Shown here: in pieces, positions 15,100 to 27,896 of the stretch
How positions within the stretch are numbered: the first letter of the stretch is position 1
Layout of the letters: every line of letters starts with the position of its first letter
Assembly: GCF_009914755.1 (NCBI RefSeq)
Contig: NC_060927.1
Origin: the human T2T-CHM13v2.0 reference genome, Homo sapiens
Strand: one strand, 5' to 3'
Length of the DNA stretch: 64,000 bases
Position numbers and translations under genes: made by a program
The notes under the pieces: model-generated
Told to the model about the DNA's origin: nothing
The model's database searches: none
What the model saw: the letters and a program-made list of their open reading frames with translations, nothing else

Positions 15100-15548
15100 T
15101 TTTTTTAAAAAGTGATAAAAACAGATTTTATTCAGGAACTAATGCAATAGGGAAGAGACATCTAAGTATGGAACTGGGCTCAATTCCGAATACAACGAAA
15201 ATGGAAGATTTGTAGTCAAGGAGCAGGGATAGGGTCAGTGGGTGGAAAACACGGATGTAAGGAAAGGAGTAGGGGGATTCTGGCTAAACTAGCTTTACAG
15301 GGATTCTTGCTGAAGGCAGACCAGGGTGACCAGATACCCTGGGGGATCCTGGGGATAAGGAATTTGATCATATTGAGGTGATCAGAAATGGAGGGTAGGG
15401 ATTCTTTCTGAACTGACTTAACAGGATTCTTGCTGTAACTGGGCAGTCCAGGCCCAACAGGAACAGACACTGAAGCCCAAGGTCAAAGCCTAGTTGAGAA
15501 GAGGGTTTAGAGAAACCTAATGTTTGGTCAAGAGGAGAGTATTTGTCA
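15100..15548 (-). mobile_element. MER31-type ERV1 solo LTR
   Basis: Ends gcccaaggtcaaagcctagttgagaagaggg...tttggtcaag...tttgtca, the reverse complement of the MER31 start TGACAAA; internal repeated ggattcttgctg motifs. Confidence 0.8.
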
Positions 15549-16331
15549 ACTAGGAAGAAAAAAATTACATAGGTATTGCTATGTCTTCTGACATGAACAG
15601 GCAGCTCTAATCCTGTGTAGACTGCACTGTCCAGAGATAATCACACTATAGGTTTTATTAAGTGGATTTTAAGGGTAGTCTTAAGGGGGGAAAAGGGAGA
15701 AAAAGTGTTACTGGAAAGCCTCATGCATTTTTTTTTTTTTTTGGAAGAGGAGGTGTAAAAAAGAGAAGCAAATAAGCCAGTTATGCCTTCAATACTTTGG
15801 TGAAGCCCTAAGTATCCAAGTATTTTCAGCATCACTAAGGGCTTTATTTTATTCTAGGAAAATGAATTATAGTGCCTACTACATTCACAACCCTTGCACA
15901 ATTCTCATGCCCATCATCTTCTACTCACAGCACATGCAAAGAAGCCAAAACAGCCATGTTTTATATCATATGACCCTGCTCTTTTGGCTACAGGTATTGG
16001 ATTACAAGCATGGGATCTCATGGCAGCCAACACATAGATTGTCTGTTACCTGTGATGTGTGACTTTGTACGAAATGATTTGAGCCAATCATATTCTTACT
16101 CATATTTACATGAACAGAGGAAAAGAAAATCAGGCAGCTAAAGCTGGAGGAAACAGAGAAGTCCTTGAGATAGATTTGGAGCCATGTATTAGGCTCAGAT
16201 GCCTTATATTTGCTTTGGATTGAATTGCTAATGTTCCAACTGAGGTATCCTGGGAATTTGCATGAATGAAAATAATCAGACTATGCTTTGTTTAGTAACA
16301 ACTCAATCTGTAACATAAGTTCATGATATGT

Positions 16332-16632
16332 TATAAATTTAGGTTAGGTGCTTCCTTTTTGAGATTATATATCATATATATTAATTATATATAATATTAA
16401 ATATATATTAAAATATTAAATATATCAATATTAAATATATTAATACATAATTATTTTATTAAACATATTAATATATCATATATTAATATATTAAATATAT
16501 TAATATATAAGTATTAAAATATTAAATATATATATTATATATCTCAAAAAGGAAGCACCTGATCTAAATTTATATATAATATAATATATAGCTAATTATA
16601 TATGAGATATATAATATATAATTAATTATATA
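16332..16632. repeat. AT-rich low-complexity block bracketed by a 34-bp inverted repeat
   Basis: Arms 16332-16365 and 16541-16574 (32/34 match); spacer and tail almost purely A/T. Confidence 0.92.
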
Positions 16633-17003
16633 TATTATATTATATATATATATGATGAGGAATGCAAGCAGTTCTTATATGTAATTACTCAACCTTGAAC
16701 CAGAATTTTCTCTTAGGCCCCAAACAAACTTCTGTATTATTTAATTGTAGAATTTAACAGTAAGGAAAACTTTTTTTAAAAAATTTAGTCTTTGACACTT
16801 ATCTCTATGAGTCAAAATTTTTGCAATTTTGTGAACCAAAACAAAATACAGAAGTAGATTCATGACATGGTTGGCATCATTGCAGCTATGATCTCTAACC
16901 TCAAGTTTAAGATTTTTGTGTTCATTGAAACAATGTAATTGTTCTTACTATTGACTAAGTGTTGTAAGTTTGAACTTACATTTATATTTTTAAAAATATT
17001 CTT

Positions 17004-17275
17004 GGCCTGGTGCGATGGCTCACGCCAGTAATCCCAACACTTTGAGAGGCTGAAGTGAGAGGATTGCTTGAGCCCAAGAGTTGGAGACCAGTCTGGGCAA
17101 CAAAGCAAGACCTCATCTCTACAAAGCATAAAACATTAGCTGAGTGTGATGGCACACACCTGTAATCCTAGCTACTTGGGAGGCTGTGGTCAGAGAATCA
17201 CTTGAGACTTGGAGGCTGAAGCTGCAGCTGTGATCGCACCACTGCACTGCAGAAGCATGGGCAACCGAAACAAAA
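17004..17275 (+). mobile_element. AluJ (sense)
   Basis: ggcctggtgcgatggctcacgcc...ggattgcttgagcccaagagtt. Confidence 0.9.
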
Positions 17276-17299
17276 TTCTCATATGTCCTTTGAGTTTGT

Positions 17300-18440
17300 G
17301 AAGTACCAGATGCTGTGCTTGGTGTTGGAGACACAGTGATGTCTTCTTAGGAGTATTTATCTATTTGAATAGATATTAAGGAAACAGATGTGAAATTTTA
17401 TCTATGTCAAGATGGAAAAATGACAGAATCTCTTAGAAATGTGTTGAAGTTTGCAGGATGAGTTAACTGGGATAGGGAGGGAGACATCAGTGATACAGGC
17501 AGAGGGGATTAGCAGTCTTAACAATCCTGTAACAGGAAGGAATGAGGTGAGCTTGGAGGACTGAAAGATGGAAAGAAGAGAGGTAATACGGTGTGAGATG
17601 AGACTAGAGTTATGTATGAGGTAGACTGTGTGGTTTTGACCATTATGTTAAGAAGTGGAGGTTTTTCTGCTTTAATTTTAAAGTGATGAAGTCTTTGAAT
17701 AATTCAGAGAGTTGCAATATGATCACATTTACATTTTGAAAAGAACTTCCTTCTTGTGGCAGAGTGCACAGATTGGGGAACTAGAAGTGGGCAGAATGGA
17801 TGTAAAGAGACCAGTTAGAGGCTATTTCAGTAGTCTAGTTAAAAGATGATAGCTTGGATTACAGTGCTAGTAGCAGAATAAGAAAATAGTATACAGATTT
17901 CAGAGATATTTAGGAAGTGACAACCTTGTTATGATTTTTGTATAGGATGTGAGAGAGAAGGAACTTTCAAAAATGACACCTAGATTTCTTCAACTTAGGT
18001 GGCGGTAAGAGAATACTGAAAGCAGATATAGTGCATATGTTTGTTTTGGGAGTGGATGGTAGGTGTCTGATCAGGAGTTTAGTTGAATGTGGAGTCTGAG
18101 ATGCATTTGTGACATTCAAGAAAAACATTCCACATGGGTAGTCACATAACACTGGTTTGGACATGAGAAGAAAGATCTAGTTAGGGAGATGATATTAGTG
18201 AATTGTGGGCATACTGGTAATAATTGAAGACTTGGGTGAATGACATCCTTTCGGCAGAGATTTTAGAGTGAATTAATAAGAGTATCTTAGGTAGAGGAGG
18301 CTACCTATACAGAAAACAGAGAAGATTAGAGAGGTGGGGGTAAAAAAATCAAGAGACTGTTGTAGTCATTAAAGCCAAAGGAAGAATGATTTGATAAAGA
18401 GGGAGAGGCCAAGAATTATATAAAATGGAAAGTGAAAAAA
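17300..18440 (-). mobile_element. L2 fragment(s)
   Basis: Purine-rich L2 antisense text, e.g. gagaccagttagaggctatttcagtagtctag, aaaatgacacctagatttct. Confidence 0.7.
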
Positions 18441-19499
18441 TACTTGTCAGGAAAACTTTATGAGGTTGGACTCTCATGGTTCCTGGTTTTTAAAATGTGT
18501 TATTAGCAGTCCCTTGAAGTCAGTTTTTTAAAATGAAAAATTAGGTTGAAAATTTAAAACCTTGGTATTCTTGCTAAAATACTAGGCCTCTTCCATTAAA
18601 ATATTTCCAGAAGTTTCGGGGGGGTGTTACTCTTTCTGGGGTATACTCAACTTTGTGTGGTGAATCTCTTAGTTTAACTGTTGTTTATGAGCTTATCTGG
18701 GTAGAGCTATTTTTAGTTTTTGCTTCTATTGCTAATCCAGGTGTTTGGATCTTGTTTTCAATGTTAATTTCTTGTCTTGGGAATTCTTTGTAAATTTAGA
18801 CCCTTGATGCTTAGCACAGTGTTTAATTTAGCTTTTTTTATTGGAGCCTTTTAAGCCTTTAGATAGAGAAGAACTTTGTCACTTCCATGGTGGTGGTTAG
18901 ATTGTTTTCCATCTTTTACTAGACAGCCTTTCCATAATCCTCGCTTTGTAAATACAATCACTACTTTGTTTCTGGCATTTGAAGATATCCCTTTTTAAAT
19001 TCTGATCTGGTAAATACTTCTTGGAAGAGGAAGGGAGCAGGGTAGCATTTCTAGCATTAGCTTAGCTTTCCATGTTGTTGGCACACAAAGTTATTACTTA
19101 AAATTCTGATTTTAAAATTCCCCTCAGAAATTTGGATATATTACTCCTTTGCCTTATTAGCAATCCAGTGGTTCCACTGAGAAGGTATTAATCTAATTTT
19201 GTCATTCCTTTGTAGAAAACCTTTCTCTCTGAATTAATGATTTTAAGTTGTACTTCAGTATTTTGAAATGTATTGGGATGTGTATGCTCTGCGGAAAAAA
19301 AATTTTTGTTTTATATCAGTGTAAGAACTAGACTACTTAAATTTTTTTATACTTTTTATCTTGTTCTAATTTGCTCTTCATTTTTGTCCTTTATGCTATT
19401 TAGCCTATCTTTTATTTTATCTTGGCAATTACAATTTTGCCATTCAAAATCTTAAATGGATCCTTTATCATAAGTCTGTTTCATTAACTATAGACTTTA

Positions 19500-19705
19500 A
19501 GTGCTTCAGAGATGCTGTATTGTTTGCTTATAGCTACACTAGTACTATCATAGGTACTGTTGTTAATCCCTGTTTTACAAATGAAGAAACTAGAATGCAG
19601 AGAACATAAGTAACTTGCCCAACCAAGGTCACATAGCTGGTCAGTGTGGAACTAACATTCAAACCTATGCAGTATGATGCTAGAACCTGACCTCTCAACC
19701 TCTAG
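19500..19705 (-). mobile_element. MIR
   Basis: ttttacaaatgaagaaactag...aagtaacttgccc..aaggtcacatagct. Confidence 0.8.
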
Positions 19706-20819
19706 GTTATACTTCCTTTCAGGTCTGAAAGTTTAATATTAATAACTCTTTCAGAGTTAATATAACTCTGGGTTATATTAACCATCTGAATATATTCTCG
19801 CTTCTGTTTCTACAGTATTAATTTTTCTATTTGTTGATTTTGATATTTAGCTGTCATGGTGATTGCTTTTGTCAAATGCTTGATTTTTTTGGGGGGGGGA
19901 TATGTTGCTTATTTTAGTATTGGAAAAGACTGTAAAAATGCTACAAAGCTTGCATCTAGTGATTGTTGGAGTTGAGATCATAACTTGCTGCTGGAAAGGA
20001 TGTATCAAACTGATCTGGGGTATAAGGATTTCCTGTTCATCTTGTATCCAGCATCGTTCTGCTTCTTGACTCACTTGTCTATGTGTAGTGCTTCTACCTC
20101 AGGCAGACACCTCTGATGCCCACTTCCCTGCTTCGAAATAGTAGGGGGAAGGGGATTGACCTGACTGAGTATACCTAATGGCATTACCCTGAGGATTGCT
20201 CCAGGCTTTTCCCCTGCCCATGACAGCTGCTTTATACTAAACATGGAATATCCCTGGAATTGCCCTCTATGGTTTGTGGTTTTCTTCTGCCTTTCATTTT
20301 GGGCCCTGGTTTCTTCAATTTCATTTTTTCTCATTTGTCTCAGAAATTATAATTTCTTTTTCTATAAGGCCATATTCTTGTTTTATAGTGCTGCTATGGT
20401 TTATTCTCTTTATATTTTTAGTGCTATTATAGTTTAAAGCCAATGTTTTTAGGGTTGCAGGATTTTGGGCAATTCTGGTGAGTGTACCGTTTCTTCCATT
20501 TTGATGTTATCTTCTGTCAGCAGTTCTTAATCTTTTGAGATTTATGAACTTCTTTATAGCCCTCTACCACCTGGACCCCAAGCAATGGCTAAATGTTATT
20601 TTGAACATTACTAGTTTTGTAGGTGTGGGTTTGAAGTTGGGGGCGTTTTTATTTATATAGAGGTATAAGCATGTTCTTTTGATATCTTCAGATTATGTTA
20701 TATAAGTTTGATGAAAACGCTCTGAAAGATACATTTATGTAGCCACAGAGTTTAATATAAAGAAGGAGCTATTTCTATTAAGCAGTTTTATAACATTTCT
20801 TTTTATCTCTTTTCTCTAG

Positions 20820-20928
20820 GTTTAACTATAGATCAACACATCATCTTGCATCTCATGGGTTCTATGAATTTTTAAATTGGTTTGATGAAAGAGCATGGTA
20901 TCCACTAGGAAGAATAGTAGGTGGTACT
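20820..20928 (+). CDS. STT3B: STT3B coding exon (probable exon 2, 109 nt): (W)[36 protein letters not shown]
   Basis: Polypyrimidine tract tttttatctcttttctctAG|G; donor ACT|GTAAGT; conserved STT3 motif WFD..WYPLGR.GGT. Not in the ORF track. Confidence 0.96.
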
Positions 20929-21599
20929 GTAAGTATATTAGCAGTTCTTTATGTTAATTATAACATTTATTGTTACTTGAGTAAATCATTAATTGCCAAG
21001 GTGGTAGGGATTCTTGAAAGCTTTGTATAGTTAACAAATTTTTCTGTGGCTTATTATCCAGTATTCAGTTTACTTAGGCTCTTTTCTTGATACCTCCTCC
21101 CCTTAATCCCCAACCTGTTTTTGGGTTGTCTCACACTAGCCACTCTTTTTGACAAGTGGTGGAGGCTGGGTGGGGATCTGCTGTCACAGTGTATCTGAAT
21201 GAAGTTCAGTTTATTTGTGTATTTGCTCTTATAGCAATTTGGTTGAAAAAGCAATTTGGAAGGAGATAGAAACGTAGAATAATCATGATAATTATATATC
21301 TAGAATAATCAGATAATTAGGATTTTTCAGGCCCTGAATATGGAGACATTCCAAATTATTCCAGGTAATTGACTAAAGATTATAGTTCATGCAGACTTCT
21401 GATATCCAGAAAGATGACACAAAGGCAAATATTTTTAGGATTTGGGACATAAGGAGAAATGAAGGTGAAAGACAAAGCAACATTGTCTTGTATCGGAGAA
21501 ATATATGTTTGATTTTTTTAAATCAATTTTGCCAGGCTTATTCATTTTATTAGGGTTTTTCTTAACCCAAAGAAACTTCTGACTCTGTTGATTACTTCT

Positions 21600-22095
21600 A
21601 GTATAGGTTTGTTTTGCATTTTTTAAATTTTAATTTATTTTCTTCTTCTTTTGTGAGTTTATTTTCATGTTCTTTTTCTGACTTCTTGAGATGGTTTCTC
21701 AGTAATTTTCAACTTTTCTTCATTATTAAGAGATGCATTTTAAGCCTAGAAACTACACACTAGCCACTGTACTAGCTGCATTTCATAAGTTCTGATGTGT
21801 AGTATTTTCATTATCATTTAAAACAAAATGTATCTTTATTTTCATTATAATTTCCCTGACTCATGGATTATTTAGAATTGTATTTAATTTCAAACATAAG
21901 GGGATTACCCAGTTATGTTTTTTTGCTTTGTACTTCAAATATATTGTGGTTAGAGAACACCTTCTATGTAATTTCAATCCTTTAAAATTTATTGAGACTT
22001 GACTTGTGGCTTAGGATATATCCAAATTTTTATAAATGTTCCCTTTGTGTTTAGAAAGAACATGTTCTCCATGATAGTAAGGTGTTGTGTTTCTA
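21600..22095 (-). mobile_element. Old L1M ORF2 fragment
   Basis: gactcatggattatttagaa...aatttattgagacttg...aaatgttccc, L1 endonuclease-region antisense text. Confidence 0.6.
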
Positions 22096-23124
22096 GTCTG
22101 GGGCATCTTCTTATCCTTGATGTAAATAGAGAGAAAGACATAAAGAGATGAAGGCACAATAGTCGTTATCATGTTCTGCATTGTGAATTGGAGAAGTATT
22201 AAATGGGCAGTACATACGGCAGATAGCTATTATCTGCAGTTCTTGTGGTGCTAATCTTATCATATACCTAAATTGTATTACATTTGATAACTATAGTTTT
22301 TCTTGTGCAGTTTATAACTTTATCTTAAATTAATCCTCAGTGGAAGCCTGTTTTCTCTAAGAGTCCTGATGTCCTGAGATTTGGGATCATCCCTGTAATA
22401 ATCTTTCTTATTTGCCTTTGCTGGAGAATTTTAGGGGTTTCACTGGTTTTAGGACAGTTTTACTTAGTTTGAGGTTTCTTATACTTAAGGTTATTATAAA
22501 TGTAGAACCCACATTGACACATTTGAATGAGTTTCATATTCTCCTTTAGGACTTTGTTTCTGCTCTGAGCATTGGAAGGCTTGATGGATGAATAGAATTT
22601 GTCTAGTTTCATAAGCAGGTCCTGACTTTTTGCTGGTAATTAGGTCTTCACTCTGATCCCTGTGTTGGGTGAAACCCCCTCATTTTCATTCCTTAAGGCC
22701 TGTATCAGGCCTGGTTATGTTTGGCTTTTTTCTTCTCTCCTGTGGGCTCCCATGACATCAGCACCTACTTTGAATTTCCTCTTCATTTTTGGCATCTGGA
22801 GAATACCCTATCTTGAGCTTGATTATGCTTTTTTTGTTGTTGGGGTTTTATTTGTTGATTTATTTTTGGTTCTTTCATTTAGTACTTCTATGAATCTTGG
22901 CTGTTTTTGTGTGTGTCAGTTCAGTCTACCGTATTATATGGATATATTGTCTTATCTTGAAAAATATTTTAAATTCACTTTGTTTTTTTTTCTCCCCCAG
23001 TATTGCTGACAAAATTACACACTGGTACCTAGTATTGAATCTGAAGTAGAACAAAATTTTTATGTGTTGAGAATGTGGATGAATTATCATGCTTTTTTTT
23101 CCTCCCCCTCCCCCTTTCTCCTTC

Positions 23125-23370
23125 CATGCATGCAGTAGGTATTGAGCATCCACTTTGTGCCAGTTATTTTTCTGGATGCTGGGGAAAAATTTCCTGCTAT
23201 TCTGGAGCTTATATTCTTGTGAGCGTAGGCAGTTAATAAATAGAAAGTAAATAAATAAAATAAATAGTACGTCAAATGATGATAAGTATTATGGAGAAAA
23301 AGCAAGAGAGTTAAAGACGGGAGTGTGGGGGAGAGAGGTTGCAGTTGCAAATTGTATAGCCAGGAAAGGA
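23125..23370 (-). mobile_element. L2 3' fragment
   Basis: gtattgagcatccactttgtgccag...ggagcttatattct. Confidence 0.6.
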
Positions 23371-23901
23371 AATGTATAACCTTTGTAGTTTCTGTTATGG
23401 AGTAAAAAAAGAGTCTTTTAGGACTTACCTAAGGGAGCAGATGTAAATGCATGTTTTAGTCACTGAATAATAACTCAGGAAGAATGTCCTGTTCACTGTT
23501 CTTGAATCCTTTTAATATTTGATGTTCCTCTTTTAGAGTGAGGGTACGTATAACTGTTAACTGGCCTCTTCTAGTTTATTATTTCCCTTTTATCCCTAAG
23601 TACTTTATGTGGTATAAAAAATTTAATTTTTCAGGAGTCCCAAAACATTATCTCTGGATTCACCAACTGACTCTTCCCTCTTTTCCTAGCTAGACTGTTC
23701 CCTCTTTTCCTTGCTTACTTTCCAAATCTAGGGCTTGAAAGGAGGGAACATTTTTTTATAAATATGACTTAAATAATTTTGTGTGTAATTTTTCTTTATC
23801 TTCCTTTTCTCATTTTCTTATGTACACACAAGTATGGGCAAAATTGGAGTATGTTAGAACTCCAAACTCAAGGATAAGCTAGACTAAGACCCTGTTTTGA
23901 T

Positions 23902-23927
23902 AAAAAAAAAAAAAAAAAAAAAAAAAA
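23902..23927 (+). repeat. A26 mononucleotide run
   Basis: 26 consecutive A. Confidence 0.95.
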
Positions 23928-24234
23928 GTTAGTGGGATCAGTAAGAAAGTTACCTACAGTTAACATTGTTAAACATTTTGAATTTTAATCATTCTTGTTT
24001 CATATTCTCCCTGATCTTTTTATGTATTCCTCCAGATATGAGCTAGTTCTTTGTATGCAACACAAAAAGGTGTGGGTTTTTTTTTGTAGTTTATAAAGAA
24101 GGCAAATTGTTTTGAGATGTTGCTTTCAAACTTATGTAAGGTAAACAAAATGTAATGATAAAGAAGAGTACATACATTAATATTTTTGTGTCTCATTTTA
24201 TATGTAATTAAATTTTCCATTTTTTTCTTCCTAG

Positions 24235-24522
24235 GTTTACCCAGGGTTGATGATAACCGCTGGCCTTATTCATTGGATTTTAAATACATTGAACATAACT
24301 GTTCACATAAGAGACGTATGTGTGTTCCTTGCACCAACTTTTAGCGGCCTTACATCTATATCTACTTTCCTGCTTACAAGAGAACTTTGGAACCAAGGAG
24401 CAGGACTTTTAGCTGCTTGTTTTATTGCTATTGTACCAGGCTACATATCTCGGTCAGTAGCTGGATCCTTTGATAATGAAGGCATTGCTATTTTTGCACT
24501 TCAGTTCACATACTATTTATGG
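24235..24522 (+). CDS. STT3B: STT3B coding exon (probable exon 3, 288 nt): [10 protein letters not shown]...[26 protein letters not shown], with the catalytic DxE motif
   Basis: Acceptor ttttttcttcctAG|GTT; donor TGG|GTAAGT; overlaps ORF 24247..24537; GAT AAT GAA (D-N-E) at 24472-24480. Confidence 0.97.
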
Positions 24523-26719
24523 GTAAGTGACATTTAATGTTTTGCTGCCATTATTACTCGTGACCTTTCTCCTGAAACACTTTAGGCTGTACGCAGATTT
24601 GTCTTTTACAAATTATGTAGTTGCGTACAGAGATCTGTATTACTGTTCATAATCAATTTAATAATGGATAACATTTTAAAATATGTTAGGCATCTCTCAA
24701 GTTATGTGTAAATATCCTTTTTAAATAAGTCAGAACTCCAAAAGAAGAGCTATCATAAAACAATCTGTTGATATTTTTGTTTCTTTGTTTTGGGGAGATA
24801 GGTAAGAAATAGTTACCCAGGAAAGTTGAAGCATGGTTTGATGGCTAAGAATTTTAAATTGTTTCTGAAACTAGCATTATTTATTTTGCTGCTGCCAGGC
24901 TATTTAAACTTAATGATTTTTTCCCCTGTGTATGAAATATGATGCTACTTGGGTTCACTTTAGAGCTTGCATTTATTTATGTATTTATTATTTTAGCTTT
25001 AGCTTGTAATTTTCCAGTGATAGAAATTACCAAAATTTGTGTGTGTCAATATGTTTTTGTATATTTTATTAAGTATATTTTTAGGTAGCTAGGTGAATGG
25101 CAGCATAAATTTTCTCTTTAATAATTATTTTATATTGTTCAAAACTACTTGGCTAATGAGTATTTTTGCTCTAGCATGGAATTCTGGAGGAGAAGGTTGC
25201 AATGTGATCAGTATAGACAGTGTCTTAATCTTGAGTTTAAAAGAGAAGAAAGAAAAATACCCATTCAAGTGAAGATGATACCAAGCAGTAGGATGTTGCC
25301 AGTGCTGCTGTACTTATCAAAAAGTGTTTTTAAAAACTCTTTGTTTATTGTGTGCAGCTGAGGAGAAAAAAAAAAAAACACCTTAAAATCGAGAACCTCT
25401 GTTGAATGCCTTTTAATAAACTATATAATATTTTAAATCATAAAAATAATACATGCGTATGTGGCTAGATCCTGATAATATAATGCTTAGTGGAAAAATA
25501 AGTTGTGATAAAATATGTGCAGTATGAGAAATCCTTGATGTAAGTTTTTAAGCAGTACAAATCATACTATGTCTGTTAATAGCAGTTTATAAAGAAAGTA
25601 TAAAAATGTGATAGATAAGCTGCATGTACGCCAGCTTTGTGATAATGGGTTTTCCTGAGGGTGGGTGGGTGATACTGAGGTGGGCAATATTAAGGGAGCT
25701 TCACCTAGCTCAGCTAAAAAAATTTTAAATCAAATATTCTGAAGCAAATGTATAATTTTTGAATTTGAAAGTCTGAATAGCTAGGTTCATAACTATTTTA
25801 ATATTCTCTACACTTGTGTATGTTTCAAATACTTTATAATAAATTTAAAAAATAAAATATTCTATTTTGTGGACATTTATGCAACAGAAAAATACAAAGA
25901 AAAAAATCACCCACAGTGAACTACCATTTGCATTTTTTAATTTTGAGCACATTACATTCATGAATAAGTCCCAGTTGGTCATGGTATATAATCTTTTTCA
26001 TATGCTGCTGAATTTGGTTTGCTAGTATTTTCCTAAGGATTTATGCATCTGTGTTCATAAGGTGATATTGGTTTATAATATTCTTTACTTGCAGTGTCTG
26101 TCTGTCTTAGGATTAGGGTAATGCTGGCATCATAGAATGAGTTAGAAGGTGTTCCCTTCTCTTCAGTTTTTGGAAAAGATTGAGGAGGATTAGTGTTGGT
26201 TCAGTTCTTTAAACGTTTTAGTAGAATTCACCAGTGAAGCCATCAGGACCAGGACTTCTCTTTTTTGGGAGATTTCTGATTGCTGATTCAGTCTCCTTGC
26301 AAGTTGTCTCTGCAGATTCTCTATTTCATCATGACTTAGTCTTGGTAGGTTTTTGTGTTTCTATTAATAGGACTTTGTTGATGTAAGCTATTCAATTTGT
26401 TGGCATACAAGACTTGATAATACTCTCTTAAAATTCTTCTTGTTCCCTATGGAATCAGTAGTAATGTCCCGCTTTCTGATTTTAGTGATTTGAGTCTTCT
26501 CTCTTTTTTACTTAATCTAGCCAAAGATTTGTCAATCGTGTTGCTCTTTTTAAAGAACCAACTTTTGGTTTCATTGATTTTTTTCTGTGTTCTTTTTCTT
26601 TTCTCTCTTTTAGTGTATATGCTGCTGAAGCAAGCACTCTATTTTATCTCTGTTATAGTCTTTATTATTTATTCAATTTTGTCTTTCTGGAAGCTTTGGG
26701 TTTAGTTTGTTCTTTTTCT

Positions 26720-27019
26720 TTCCTTCTTTTTTTTTTTTTTTGGAGACGGAGTCTTGCTCTGTTGCCCAGGCTGGAGTGCAGTGGCGCAGTCGGCTCGCTG
26801 CAACCTCTGCCTCCCAGGTTCAAGCGATTCTCTGCCTCAGCCTCCCGAGTAGCTGGGACTACAGGCGCCTGCCACTACGTGTGGCTAATTTTTGTATTTT
26901 TAGTAGAGATGGATTTTCACGATGTTGGTCAGGCTGGTCTTGAACTCCTGAACTCGTGATCCACCCACCTCGGCCTCCCAAAGTGCTAGGTTTACAGGCA
27001 TGAGCCACCGCGCCCAGCC
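26720..27019 (-). mobile_element. AluS with 17-bp TSD
   Basis: TSD TAGTTTGTTCTTTTTCT at 26703-26719 and 27021-27037. Confidence 0.93.
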
Positions 27020-27760
27020 CTAGTTTGTTCTTTTTCTAGTTCACAACGTAGTTTGTGAAGTCAGGTTTTTGACTTGAGATTTTTTTTTTTGTTTTTGAAT
27101 GTAGGCATTTATAGCTATAAAGTTTTCCCTTAGTACTACTTTGACGGTGTCTCATAAGTTCTGATACATTGTGGTTTTGTTTTCATTCATCTCTGAGTAT
27201 TTTCTCATTTTTATTTTTTGATCTGTTGGTAAGTATCTTGTTTAACTTCCACAAATTTATTTCCCAGTTTTCCTTCTGTTATTGATTTCTGACTTCATCC
27301 TGTTGTAGTTGGAGAAGATACTTTGTATGGTATCTGTCTTTTTAAATCTATTGAAATTAATATTTGGCTTTAATCTGCGGCCCAACATATTGTCTGTCCT
27401 GGAAAATGTCCCATGTGTACTTGAGAAGAATTGTGTATGCTGTCGTTATTCAATAATGTGTTTTGTGCATGTCTTTTAGACCTAGTTGGTTTGTTGTGTT
27501 AAGTTCTATATCATCTCCTGTCTGGTTGTTCTATCCATTATTGAGAATAGAGTATTGATGTCACCAGCTATTATTGTAGAACTGTTTATTTCTTCAATTC
27601 TGTCAAGTGTTTTCTTCCTATATTTTGATGGTCTGTTATCAGGTACATAAATGTTTGCAATTGCTATACCTTCTTGCTGTATTGAACTGTTTTATTGCTG
27701 TATATATTGGGTTCTTTCTCTTTTGTAACCTTTTTTTTAAAAAAAAAATTCAAAGTCTGT

Positions 27761-27896
27761 TTTTTCTTTTTTAATTTTGTAGAGATGAGGTTTCACCATG
27801 TTGCCCAGGCTGGTCTTGAACTCCTGGGCTCAAGCAATCCTCCCTCCTCACTTCCCAAAGTGTTGGAGTTACAGGTTTGAACCACCACACCCTGCC
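27761..27896 (-). mobile_element. FLAM / Alu left monomer
   Basis: gtagagatgaggtttcaccatgttgcccaggctggtcttgaactcctgggctcaag. Confidence 0.85.
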
